Part shown: in pieces, positions 50,731 to 63,070 of the stretch
Layout: every line of letters starts with the position of its first letter
Numbering within the stretch: position 1 is the first letter of the stretch
Assembly: GCA_012026655.1 (NCBI GenBank)
Contig: JAAILG010000131.1
Span: forward strand, 1 to 64,000
Source: Hydrolagus affinis
Taxonomy: Eukaryota
Direction of reading: 5' to 3'
DNA length: 64,000 nt
Position numbers and translations under genes: made by a program
The notes under the pieces: generated by a model
The model's database searches: none
The model's input: only the letters and a program-made list of their open reading frames with translations
What the model was told of the DNA's origin: nothing

Positions 50731-52949
50731 CCAAGAGGTAAGTTTGAAGAAGGATTTGAAAACAGAGAGGGATGTTGTGAGGTGGAAGGATTTAGGGATA
50801 TAATTACTGAAGGTGGGAATGGTATGGCTGGTGGTTTTTCATTGACAGTGGAGTGGAGGAACAAGGGCAAATGGAACAGGCCAGCATTGGCTGAGTAGAG
50901 GGAATTGGCAGGGAGTGGTATTACATAAAATTATCTGGAACATTACAGCATGGGAACAGGCCATTCAGTCCAACTAGTTCATGCCAGTGTTAATACTCCA
51001 CATTAACCTCCACACCTCCTATTTCACTCTCTGATAGTCCTTTATTCCCTTCTCCCTTGTATAGGGATATCCTCCCAAAGTGAAAGGGCGCTCTACAAAT
51101 GTAATTTTGTTATGTGTGCATCAAATGTCTTCTTAAATTCATTAACGCTTTTTCTTCAATCAGATTCCAACAGCAAGCTCCACATTCTCAATACCCTCTA
51201 CATTAAGTTTGTAATAATAATTATCCTTACATATGACAGTAATGTTCATGTTGAGAGGACATCTCAAATAGTTTAATAGGATATACTGATGGGTCCTCGG
51301 TTTATTTAATCTGAAGGACACGTAGCACACTCCCAGCACAGCATTGGAGTATAAGCTAACCATGAGTACAAAGTCCCAACATCGGGCTTAAATCTACAAC
51401 TTTTGACTCAGATGTAAGAGTGCTACCCACTGAGACAGCCTAACACACTAAATTATTTACTTAGAACATGTAGAGATTTTGACAATTCTAAATTAATTGG
51501 AAAAAAACATGAGGAAAATTTAAATTGTATGTGCTTTTGAACCTCTGGTGTAGAGCAAATGGAATGGCCTCAGGTCAGTTATGCAGACAAAAAACAGATG
51601 ACCAGCCTATTCTACACTATTCACAATGTGTATTGATACACTCAGGCATGGGTAATTCCTATTGTGGAGGTATGATTGAGCTGGATTTTTTTCACCATAT
51701 GAACTGAGGAGGACTTGATGTTTGAGCAAAGAGAGGTGGCAGCAAGAGTAGGAAACACTGATCTAAAAAGAAGCATCAACTCTCATCTTTCTCTCTTCGA
51801 ATGACCTGTTCCACCAGGAGATGATGGTCAAAGGTCACAAAGCAGATTTTTTTTACCAGACCCCGGCTATCGGAAGTCAAAAAGCCATTGTTTTCACTTG
51901 ATATTGAGATAACAAAAGTTCATATTTAAGCTTGATATTCATCCACTTTATCACATCTACTGGAAAGGATTACAACATCCTCATTGATCTCTTCCTTTCT
52001 TGAGATAAAAAGTAAAACAAGGTCAAAGGCCAAGCAAATTGTTCTGCGGTTGAAAACGTATTTGCTCTTTATCCAGCGCCTGGGGACATCCTCCTGGTGT
52101 GAAAGGCTTTCTGTAAATGTAATTTTGTTGTTTTTGTTGTTGTTGTTATCATGGCTCTTACATCTGTATCACCCTGGGACATTCAGGCACAGCAAGAAAC
52201 ACAAATAAACTATTTACCTGAAGCAACACCAGACAATCTTGTGTTTTGATCGTCATTTAAAAGATGGACTTGTCCAACATCCACTACAGTGTGCTTTGAA
52301 AAATGATTTGATAAGACCGTCTGGATACACAATTATAACCAAAGGGGTGTCCTTTTCAAATGATGAAAGGTTTTACAGATAAAGAGAAAGGTACTCTTTG
52401 TATTTCCTCTAGTGTAGGTTCATATCACAATGGATTTTTATAATGTGTGCAGTGTGTGTACATTTAGAAGATCAAGTAGGTGTTTGTATTCCATAAATAA
52501 CTGTGTCCTTTGTTGGAACAATTAGATGCTGTCATCTGCATAAGCTACCCTCTGACAATTACAGGACACATAAGAACCTTCTTGGGTTTCTTGTTTTCCT
52601 TTTTTAAAAAAAATACAATGTAATTCAACTAAACAAAAGAGAAAGCAACAGAATTGTGGACCAATTAACTTCATTTCATTTGAATGTTTTCAATATCATA
52701 ATTACTGTCAGCACCATGTCAGCAGGGCAGTCAACAATAAAACTTGAACAATTATGGATTTCCAAAAATTAATTGTAAGGAAAACTAATTTTAAGGATAC
52801 CTCACAAGCAGTTGGGTCCCCTGTTATTACGCTTGATGGATTTCTTGTTAATAAACCATAAATTCATGCCATGTAATAGCTGTACATATCAACTTCATAC
52901 ACTCACCACACACAATTGGCATTCTGCTGACCATCAGTATTCATCATCA

Positions 52950-53302
52950 GTGGAGTCCTGTAGCTCATTCGTTAGAGCACTCACCTTACAAGCAAGAGAC
53001 CTGGGTTTGATTCCAGGCAGGGCAAAATCTTGGGCAAGTTTCCTTATTCCACACACCTAATAATAATCCCTCAAAATAAACAATAATAAATTGGCTATTT
53101 TTAATCCACAATTGTTTGTGGGACACTGCTATGCACAACTGGCTGCCACAATTCGCCCACATATATACAACAACAACAAAATTACACTTGTGTAGCACCT
53201 TTCATGTCAGGAGGATGTCCCAATATACAGCCAATTCACTTTACAGTATGTCTAGTAGATGTGAAATGCGCTATATCAAATGCAAGGATTATTATTATTA
53301 TT
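52950..53302 (+). mobile_element. CORE-like SINE (short variant) with a nested minus-strand L2 tail at ~53168-53222
   Basis: Full head and tail; ATATACA flanks both sides of the L2 tail. Confidence 0.88.
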
Positions 53303-53304
53303 TA

Positions 53305-53640
53305 TCATGGCGGTTTTGCTCAGTAGTACTGTCATCGCCCCCTGGGTCAGAAGGGTCTGGGTTCCAAGACCAACACTGGGACTCTTAGCTTAGCCTCTTA
53401 GCTTCTGTGCAGCACTACAAGAATGCTGCAATACCAGAGTGCTATCTTTCAGATCAGATTTAAGCCAAGGTACCATCTGCCTATTGAATGTTAAAGAACG
53501 TTATAGATCCCATTTGAAAAGAAAGGAAAGCTTCTCGTATCCTGGCCAGGCTCCAGAATAATTGGTCATTCACTTCATGATAGTTTGTTGGACAAACTGT
53601 TGCCTCATTTGTTTACGGAAACAGTCACTGCTCTTTGACA
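53305..53640 (+). mobile_element. Deu-domain SINE, diverged
   Basis: GCCCCTGGGTCAGAAGGG..TGGGTTCCAAG...GTGCTATCTTTCAGAT...AGATCCCAT. Confidence 0.65.
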
Positions 53641-54519
53641 GCACAATAATTAACTGCGAACCACTTTTTGATGTTACAAGAAGCTATAAAAAGATACGCA
53701 AAACCAATACTGTGACTAATGCCTTACTCAGCTATAAATTTGAAAGAATGATTGAAGATCAAAACATTTTCTGGAGAGGAAGTTGCTGCTTTGCATATGC
53801 CTATAATAATTCCTGACCTGCTCATTTCTAAAGCTAATTTCTACCATACAGTAATAAATTACAGAATATTATCAACAATAAAGCATACGGAGCAATAGTT
53901 CTCTTGAGGTTAATAACAGATTGAACTTACCCTAGTCTTGAGAAAGGAGAAATAATCTCTTTTTCTATCAAACAGATCAACAGTTAAATATTTTATTGTA
54001 ACTTTATGGCTGAAGCTGCAGATTGCCATTCAGTTTCAATTGAATTTCAGAATGAATCCCGGAGCAGTGGGGTCATCGGGGATTCATTTTGCACAATCAT
54101 CATTTAATTGTTCAAGAAGTGATCCAATTAAAACAACTGCTTTTTTTGTCTCACAGAGAGCACAAGAACTTTGCAAAAAACAATAGCGTTCAATTTACGA
54201 TCAAAAGAGGGCCTATAAAAAGAGACAACCAAAAAATGGCTTGGCTTTTATTAAAACCAATCTCGATTACTATGATATCGGAATATGGTAAAATAATAAT
54301 AATCCTTGCATTCGTATAGCACCTTATCATGTCATCGAGATATCTCAAAGTACTTCACAGGATTTAAGATATATTTTATAGGTGAACATGACAAGTAATT
54401 TGTACACAGCAGTGTCCCATAATTATTTTGGGGGGATTGTTGTGATGAATGAAAAGCTGTTGCAAAATTTCATTCACAATAATTTTGCTGTCTGATTTCC
54501 ACTGGGATGAATCCCCTTC

Positions 54520-54745
54520 TTTAAGATTTAGACCCTTTTTCTTTGCGTTTCAAGAGCGAGCAAAGTGTGAGTCTTAAATTCAAACTTAATTAAACTGATT
54601 TTCTAAAGATCAAATTGACAGATTATTAAAATAAGATAATTTTGAGAACTACAGAAACTTCAAAATTAAGACTGAATTGATGAATTATCCAAGATGTGTG
54701 CGCTCTGAAATGCTAAACAAAATCTAGATCTTGGTGGAAAATCTT
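54520..54745. mobile_element. Palindromic MITE, diverged copy
   Basis: TTAAATTCAAACTTAATT...GAACTACAGAAA..CAAAATTAAGACTGAATT...TCTAGATCTTGGTGGAAAAT matches the right arm of 58467-58705. Confidence 0.6.
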
Positions 54746-57224
54746 TAGTAATAATGTTATGTAGGTTTTACAAGAGGACATTACTTTACATTAATTTAGT
54801 CTAATGAACATTCAATTTCTACATGTCGCATCATACTCGCTTTACAATGGTGTTTTATAATGTGTTTTATAATGTGCTCTATGTAGAAATACCATATGAA
54901 TGATTTATGAAGTGTCACTAATTTTTAACTACACTGAAACTCTGATAACTTGTCACCCCAAGGGAAATAGCTCAAATGACAACTTATCAGTTATCCAGAT
55001 GGTGCAAGCTATGTTATTAAATTCCAGGATTTCCCCCAATGGATTCTGTGGGATTCCCAAATCTTGCCAACCTGCATCTAATACTCTCCGATAAGCAGGA
55101 TATGTACTCCCAGCTAAAGAGTGGACATTCGAGGACACAGGAATTTCCAACTGTCGAGCTTGGATTTGATTTGGATATTATTAAGATGGGTTTCAGCATG
55201 CATCAGACACTCAGCTGAGAAAAAAAAAGGTAAACAGGTTTAAAGGACAAATGGAGTTGAACTAGACTACCTTACATCTTGTGAAACGTGGAATCATGTT
55301 CCATGCCCCTGTATTGAATATGCAATAGCCAAGCAATATGTATTCTGAGAAGTCACCCGGAATTCCTAAGCCATGAAACAGAAGTCCATTGGACCTGCTG
55401 CACCTGAATCAAAATCAGGCACAACTATATTAAACATATCTCCAGAAACGTTGCCCCTGATAACATATATATTTAAGTTCTAGTAGTCCAGTTTATTTTG
55501 TTACAATATTACAGAATTTTATCACTGAACTCGCAAGCCATTGGTAATTAGCACTGTGCAATGATGAAAGATGCTATACTAATGTAATTTTGTTGTTGGT
55601 GGTGATCAGAGTTGCAGTCTGCACACCAGATTCTCTCTGGTTCAAATCTGTGCTGCTCTTAGCCTCACACATAACAAATGGCTACTTCAGCAGGATAAGG
55701 GAAAGGCAACCAAAATCGGTGGAACAGTATTCCAGGAAGAGACAGCCAGACCAAGCATAAAGGTGGAAACACTAAATTTTTAACAAAACAGCATATATAC
55801 TTAATCACTAAGTCCACTAACCTACTTTATAAATACCTTTAGCTGAAACTTCAGAGTTTTTGTTACATTCATTGTTTTTGTGTCACAAAAAGTTCTGGTA
55901 TTTCCATGTATTTTTCCAATTTTTAAAAAAAACTTTCTAAAGCTTAAGTTCAAGAACTGTGCCCCTAGTTGTTGTAATTCCAACCTCTTTATAAAGTGGT
56001 GTTTTGCTTGTCAATGGACACCAGTTAAAATCATGCATGTTCTTAATGCAGGATCAAAGTCTCCTGCAACTATAGATCGGTATCTCAAATGCCAACGTGT
56101 CAAATTACGAATTCAAGGAAAACATGATGAATGAGAAGCTGTTGCAAAATTCCAGTCACAATAATTTTCCTATCTGATTTCCAATTTGGGATGTCAATCT
56201 CACAGTCTTGAAATGGAAGAAACTTTACATACTTCAGTCACATAAATCAGCTGAGGGATTTAAGAGAGAAATGGATAGATACCCTGGGGCGATAAAAATA
56301 TTAAGAGATATGGTGGGTAAGATGGGGCAGTGAGATCATTTGTTTAATAAGCACCTGAGACACGTAAATGGGAAGCTCATCATGCACCATCTCAGTCACA
56401 ATCTACTTCTTAATGGAATTCCTGGGTCAACAGGAATTTCCATGGGGTTCCTTAATAAGGAATCCGAGCTTTGTAAATTGTGACTAACGTGTAAATTTCC
56501 AGTTATTGTAAGTACTTTATCTGTCTCTCGGGAAATCCACTCTGACACAATCTACAATTCATGACTGTTAGTGGGACATTGGCGTGCAAGCAGTTGGCTG
56601 CTGCATTCCACCCCCAAACTATACAAAGTATACACTTTACATTATATTCTGTGAAGCTGTTTGAGAAGTATCCATGATGTGATAATGTGCTATTTTATGA
56701 AATATTATTCATTATTATAAATAAGATTGTTAACTGTTGTAAACTGAGACTCAGGTATCGTTTATTTTAATATTTTCTGTGCTGTCAGGGTCAATGCTGA
56801 GAAGCATTTGTTCTTATTAGTGCAGATTAGCTGCCACGTTTGCCTCCCTAACAACAAACACACTTCAGATTAATTCTTTGTGTGAAGTGCTTTGAGACAT
56901 TTCAGCCCAGTAAAACACTGAATTAAAGCAAGGTAGTTATATCTGGCTCCATCTTTTCTGATACTGTACTTGACTATAGTCAGCATACAAATAACTATAG
57001 TTTTCTAGACATCTCAAGCATACCGTAAGGTTTATGACAATAATAATTGATGATTTACTGAGGTGGCTTAGAAATTCTTTCATGTCTTGTCTACAAATAT
57101 CGTGGGATTTTTTTCTCACTGGTTAAGGGACAGCTTCACCCAAATGGTAGGCCATCACTTTGAAATGTTGTCTTATACAACCCTTACAAATTCCACTTTA
57201 ATCTACATTAAATAATAATTATAA

Positions 57225-57575
57225 TAATAATTCTTGCATTTGATATAGCTAATTTTTCCATCGTCGAGACATTCTAAAGTACTTCATAGAATTTTACTGT
57301 GAAATTAAATATTTGAAGGTAAACACAGCAGCCAATTTGTGTAGGATAATGTCCCAGGAATAGTCAATGAAATGAGTGACCAATTTTGTCTGGGAGATTG
57401 TTGGCCAGGACACCAAGAAAATTTCCTTTTTTTTTGAATAATGCCACAGGATCTTTAATGTTCAATTGAACAGCACCTCTGACAATGCAACATTTGCCCA
57501 ACACTTTACTGCAATGGCAGCCTAAACTGTGAGCTCAGAGTCCCCACATGGGGCTTGAATCAACAATCTTCAGAC
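57225..57575 (-). mobile_element. Deu-domain SINE
   Basis: (ATT)n tail, GGATCTTTAATGTTC, GGGGCTTGAATC. Confidence 0.75.
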
Positions 57576-57584
57576 TCTCTTTAT

Positions 57585-58088
57585 ATAATATTTGAACCTG
57601 TATAGAATTTGGGAAATTCTTAAATTCAATCTTAATTTTGAAGGTAGTTTTCTGTAGCAGCTTTTAAAACTACTACAGAAAAAACAATTTCAAAGTTAAG
57701 ACTGAATTCAACTATATCCAAATTCTGGATACTGTATATTGAAATGTTAGATTAATAATAACAATCATTGCATTTGATGTAGCGCTTTCATATCTTCTAG
57801 ATGTCTCAAAACGCTTCACAGAATGTACTGTAAAGTGAATTGACTATATATTTGTGGGCGAAACGTGACAGCCAATTACACAGTAATTTCCCACAAACAG
57901 TTGTGGATTGAAATGTCCCTTTTTTTGAGGGATTATTATCAGGCGTGTGGAGGAAGGAAACTTTGCAAGTTTTCGCCCTGCCTTGAATCAAATTCAGGTC
58001 TTTCGCTTGAAAGGCGAGTGCTCTAACCACTGAGCTACAGGACTCCACGTGTAATTGTGTAAATTTAGTTCCTGGTGGAACTTTACCA
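57585..58088. mobile_element. Palindromic MITE interrupted by a CORE-like SINE (57752-58048, minus)
   Basis: Arms AGAATTTGG...TTTTCTGTAGCAG / CTACTACAGAAAA...CCAAATTCT; the MITE end TAGTTCCTGGTGGAACTTT resumes after the SINE. Confidence 0.7.
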
Positions 58089-58466
58089 TGCAATAACATT
58101 CTGAACACTTTATTTTGCTTATCTTTTTAGAAGGGTTGGTGAAACATTATCCTCAGGTGTATTCCAGTGTCAATGATTACATGTTAATGTTGCTAAGCAA
58201 ACAGGAAGAAACATGCTCTTTTCCTTTCTGTCCCCATTGCACAATGTGTTTTTCAAACTTATGCAACCTAAATTATGTCACTTGTCAGAACAGCACTGGG
58301 ATCAATACTCCTCTTGAATACTGAAGTAAAGCCTGTTTAATGAAAGTTGCAAGAGGGAATTAGATAGGTCCATGAAAGCAGTGGTATTGGAGGTATGAGA
58401 TTTAGAGAGCACAGTTATTTAGAAAGTGGGATTGACCTGACTAATTTATGGGATTTGCGACACAAT

Positions 58467-58705
58467 GGAGAAAAATTCTAGCTAGGTCTAGATTAATACT
58501 ATTTGTATAGCCTTTTAGAGAGCCTAGAAATTGACAAATTGTTAATTACAGCCTTAATTTTCAGGTTAGTTTTCTGCAAGCTCTTTTAAGAACTGCAGAA
58601 AACTGATTTTCATGTTAAGATTGAATTTTAACAGTTTCCCAAATTCTGGATGCTCTAAAACTCAATATAAATTTAGGAAATCTAGTCCTGGGTGGAGTTT
58701 CCCCC
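58467..58705. mobile_element. Palindromic MITE (~240 bp foldback), best copy
   Basis: The two ~118-bp halves are imperfect reverse complements centred near 58586. Confidence 0.75.
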
Positions 58706-58964
58706 TTCAGAGTTAGCAAGATAGACAACAGGTTCTGCTGATCACAGGAAGTGTTGGTGACTCCACCTCAATGTGCCTGCGAGTAGATAGGAGAGTTCCC
58801 ATGGATTGGCACGGCACACGTATGATTACCAGCAGGTGGAGTTGCTATTATGGAGATCAGGAAGCAAACACTGCACTTTCACCCATACCAAATTCCTAAT
58901 GTGTATAGATTTTAACATCTCTTAATTCCTACACCAATTCGCAAGTCTAAATACTCACAAAGTG

Positions 58965-59285
58965 TTTCATGTGATGCCTGCAAAGTGATGTCACTGATGC
59001 GTGAACACAGCAGCAGATTTGCACAAAGTAATGTTCCACAAACAGCCATAGAGAGACTCACCAATTTTATTTTAGGGGATTGTTGGCCAGGACACTGAGA
59101 AATTCCCTTTTCTTTTTGAAGCGTGTCCTGGGATCTTTATCAATCCCCCTGTATTTTGTTTCATTCAAATGATGACACCTCCAACAATTGATCACAATGC
59201 AAAGGAATGTCAACATAGACTATATAGAGCTTGAACCCATAACTTTCTGATTCAGGGGCAAGAGTGCTACCAACTGAGCCCAGGG
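58965..59285 (-). mobile_element. Deu-domain SINE
   Basis: Head TTGAACCCATAACTTTCTGATTCAGGGGCAAGAGTGCTACCAACTGAGCC. Confidence 0.75.
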
Positions 59286-59814
59286 ATGCAGATGGGAGAG
59301 AGTTAGCAAAAGTGATAAAGACAAAGTTACGAGTGAGAGACAAAAAGAGAGAATGTTACAGAGACTCAGAGAAAGAACACAACTCAGAGAAAGAGAAAAA
59401 TAAGGAGTCAGAAAGAATGGCAGAATGAGAAAAGGGCTGATAAAGTGAAATACTATAGTGATACTTGTAATAGAATTATTTTTGGGTTAGTACTGTAGCC
59501 AACTTTTGCTTTGCATGATGACTAAATACTGTATGTAAACTGATTCCTTATCCACAAAGGAGGCGGTACCAATTAATGAGGATAATCATCTTTCTACTGT
59601 GTGTGCCCTTTTCTCGTAGCTGCAAATGTTGGTTTTAAATTATGAATTGCTTCTAACCCCAGCACTGAAGTACTATACAATAAGAGAGTGACAGTTTTAC
59701 AGTGCATGGTTACTCAAGTAAGGTTAAATTACAGTGGGAAACCCCGAAAGCTGATTTTGCTTCTACAACATTTGAGAAAAGTAAGAGTAAATCATGGGGA
59801 GTGTTGTCAAGCAC

Positions 59815-59925
59815 TGTACTCTGCTGTCACATACATGTTCTCTTTCATACATATGCTCTCTCTGTCTCTCTCACATGCATGGCCTGCTCTCTGTCACATG
59901 CTCTCTTTCATTTACATGCTGTGTT
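59815..59925. repeat. Degenerate tandem repeat (CTGTCACATG / CTCTTTCAT units)
   Basis: Directly visible; it explains overlapping ORFs 59688-60098. Confidence 0.65.
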
Positions 59926-60621
59926 CACAACCGGTTTCAGAGCAGCACTGCTCAAGTCAGAGAGATCAAATGGTCAGCCTGCTTCTGCTTAGAGTGTCTG
60001 TGTTGTGCTCCAAAAATGCACATTTTATTTTAAAGAGTAATAATTCTTGCGGTTTGATAGAGTGCCTTCTCATATCGCTGAGATGTGTCAACACATGACA
60101 CTTGACATACTGTAAAGTGATGTGACAGCATGTGTCTTGTGGGCGAAGGGTGTTTTTCTTTCAAACATGAAATCAATAAATGGACAAACAAAATTAAAAT
60201 GAGCAGGATGTTTCACTTCTGAGTTCTTGTACTCTCGTACAAATACTGTGTGAAAGGGAGATTCCATGACAAAACTCTAGATAAATGTTTTTCATCCACA
60301 AAACATGTAGACAATTCACGAAGCGAAGACGTGACAAGGCGCTATATCCCTTAAAAAAAATGATAATTTGCTCCATCAATTCACAACTGTTTGTGGGACA
60401 CTGCTGTGTTTCTCCCACAAAACATACAGTCAATTCACTTTACAGTATATTCTGCAAAGCGCTTTGAGACATCTAGAAGACATGATAAGGCGCTATATCA
60501 AATGCAATGATTATTATTATATCAAATGCAAGAATTATTATTATTATAAATGACTCATTCCCTTCATAGCTGTTTGTGGGATGGGTGCTGTGCTTGTCTA
60601 CCAAAAACAAAATTGACAATT

Positions 60622-60880
60622 ACAATCATAGAATATTATAGAACAGAAGGAGAACATTCAGCCTGTCGTGCTTGTGCTGGATCTTTGGAAGAGCTACCCA
60701 ATCAGTCCCACTCCCCCACTCTTTCCCCATAACATGATTTTTTTTTCCTATTCAAGCACTTATCTAATTCCCTTTTGAAAGTTGTTATTGAATCTGTTTC
60801 CATCACCCTTTGAAGCAGTGCATTCCAGACCATAACAACTCTCTGCGTAAAAATATTTCTCCTCATCTTTCCCAATTACT
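60622..60880 (-). mobile_element. CR1 3' remnant
   Basis: ATCATAGAAT...GCATTCCAGACCATAACAACTCTCTGCGTAAAAAT. Confidence 0.75.
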
Positions 60881-61184
60881 TGTACTTGAGAAGTTATGAT
60901 GTTAAAATAACTATCACTATTATTTAAGTGTGTGTGTGTGTGCATGTGTTGCTTATTCGAGAGAGCTAGAATTGGAAGTAAAAGTGAATTGTAACATGAA
61001 ATATTGGAGGTGGAGAGTAATTTAAAAATTCTAAAATGATCAAACTTCCTCAAGCAAATCAGCATGATTAAACAGCTCTCAGCAAGTGACTCTATTTAAC
61101 TAACATCACTGAAAATGCCAACATACCCTAAATCAGCATTACAATCAACTGAAAATGCTTATTCCCAGATTACGGTGTCTAACA

Positions 61185-61400
61185 CATTTATATTTGTGGG
61201 CAAAACGCGTCAGCCAATTGCGCACAGCAGTGTCCTACATACACTTGTGGATTGAAATGAACAATTTTTTTTTGACGGATGATTATTAGGTGCATGGAGT
61301 AAGGAAACTTGCCCAAGGTTTCGCCCTGCCCTGAATTGAACCCAGGTCTCTCGCTTTTAAGACAAGTGCTCTAACTACTGAGCTAAAGGACTTCAATGTG
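61185..61400 (-). mobile_element. CORE-like SINE (short variant, tailless)
   Basis: Head and body only. Confidence 0.85.
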
Positions 61401-61409
61401 CGTTGTGTA

Positions 61410-61745
61410 CTGCTGGAGTCTGATCACCTAAAACTGCATTGATATTGCTGTCCAACAAGCTTCCCTGCTGTTTATCCAGCTAGCGTCACCCTATCAATTA
61501 GGGCTTTGGCTTACAGGGTTAACAGGAGCTGAGTGGAATAACTCCCTGACCCCAGTGACTAGACTATCCTTCCAGGTCCTGCCAATGAGCTGAGATGGCT
61601 GTGCTGTCATCCGTAGGCCTGGAATACTGCGGATCCACCTGGCTCAGGAACCGGACAACATTCAATTGCCAGGCAGGTCACCTTGAAGCCAGTTCAGCTA
61701 CAAGGCGATCCTCCTACCTCCCCCAAGAATGATAGTCACTGGCTG
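61410..61745 (+). repeat. Unclassified interspersed repeat
   Basis: TTAGGGCTTTGGCTTACAGGGTTAACAGGAGCTGAGTGGAA...CCTGGCTCAGGAACCGGACAAC...GTCACCTTGAAGCCAGTTCAGCT. Confidence 0.75.
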
Positions 61746-62344
61746 TGATAAGCTAAGTCAATGCTTCCAACCAGCAAACAAGAACTGAATCAATAGTAAC
61801 TGGTAATAGTGTTGACTGCTGTACATGGGAACTTGATTCAGTGGTTCAGTGATGGGCCACTGAAAGGGTTCAGAATGGGACAGACATTTTTCAGAAGGAT
61901 CAGGGCAGACAAAGTAAACATGCTTAAGTCAACAAGTCATTCGGGCAATTGATACTTCCGCACACAATTGTATTCTCAAACAGAGTTTTGTGATGTGAGA
62001 CCAGCTCACTGACAAATATTAAGTGGAATCTCATTTGCATCAATTTGTTGTCATTCGTGTATAGAAAAGTTGACAGAAAAGAGACAAAGAGTCTCTCTTT
62101 TGAAACACAACTTTGTTGGTTTACTTCATTGTGAGTTTCACTTGGCGTCTATCCCGCAGGCATATTTGAACAGTTTCTTGTTAGCCTTGGCGGGAGGTAT
62201 ATTTTACACACCAGTGTGATACACATTTAGTCCACGTCTCCATGTATGTAAGCCTACATGGATTGAATGTTAATTACTAGGCAATGAAAATACAAGAGAT
62301 TGTAAAGAGAAAGAATGGAATGAAACTTCCAAAATATAATGTGA

Positions 62345-62413
62345 TAATTAACAGACATGGTGCTAATTAACACATGTATTGAAATAAGCAACCATTGGAT
62401 AATTAACACATGG
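62345..62413. promoter_or_regulatory. Triplicated TAATTA + CATG motif cluster (candidate enhancer)
   Basis: TAATTAACAGACATGG (62345), TAATTAACACATGT (62364), TAATTAACACATGG (62400). Confidence 0.35.
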
Positions 62414-62739
62414 ACTGATCTCCTGCTGAGCTGGAGACAGACCGCCCAACCTTCTGAATGGTTCCGCTGAGCAGTCTCATCTCCCATTAGAAGGCCGGTT
62501 ATCAGGCTTTACTCTGATTGCATTTGTTAATTAAACCAGTATCCTGTTACCTAGATTTTCAATAGAAAATACAGTCTGGATATTGGGGCGGGGTGTGGGG
62601 TGGTGGGGGAGGGAGCAATACAGATTGCTCTGCCTCTAACAAACCTGGGAACTAGTCAATTTATATACATTATATACTTATATACTTTTCAACACATTAC
62701 AATTTTCACACAATGTAAAACTTGAAAATCATCTCACCA

Positions 62740-63070
62740 GCCATGTATCAGCTTGACAACATGGGTGACACGCTCCCTTCTCGTTCAGAAGATTCTGCTT
62801 TCAAGCCCAGGTCAATGACTTTAAACTCACGGTTTAAACTGATATTCCAATGCAATGGTAAGAGGTGGTGCCTTAGCACTATTTGGAAAGAGAAGGGAAT
62901 TTCTCTCTTTGTTCCTGGGCAACCAAACCTCCAGTTAAATTGATCATTCGTATCATGACTGCTTGTGGGACATTGCTGTGTGAAAATTGGCTACTGTGTT
63001 TGCCTGCACTTAACAGTCATGACTGTGAAGCACTTTGAGATGCATCAGGATGATAATGGTGCTATGTCAA
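62740..63070 (+). mobile_element. Deu-domain SINE, diverged; another SINE 3' half lies at 63315-63495 (minus)
   Basis: TTCAGAAGATT..GCTTTCAAGCCC head, then GTGGGACATTGCTGTGTGAAAATTGGCT and GTGAAGCACTTTGAGATG tail. Confidence 0.65.

Noticed and set aside
62345-62413. The neural-crest 'Coordinator' motif
   Set aside because: The TAATTA-to-E-box spacing is shorter than I recall for that motif; kept only as a generic composite.
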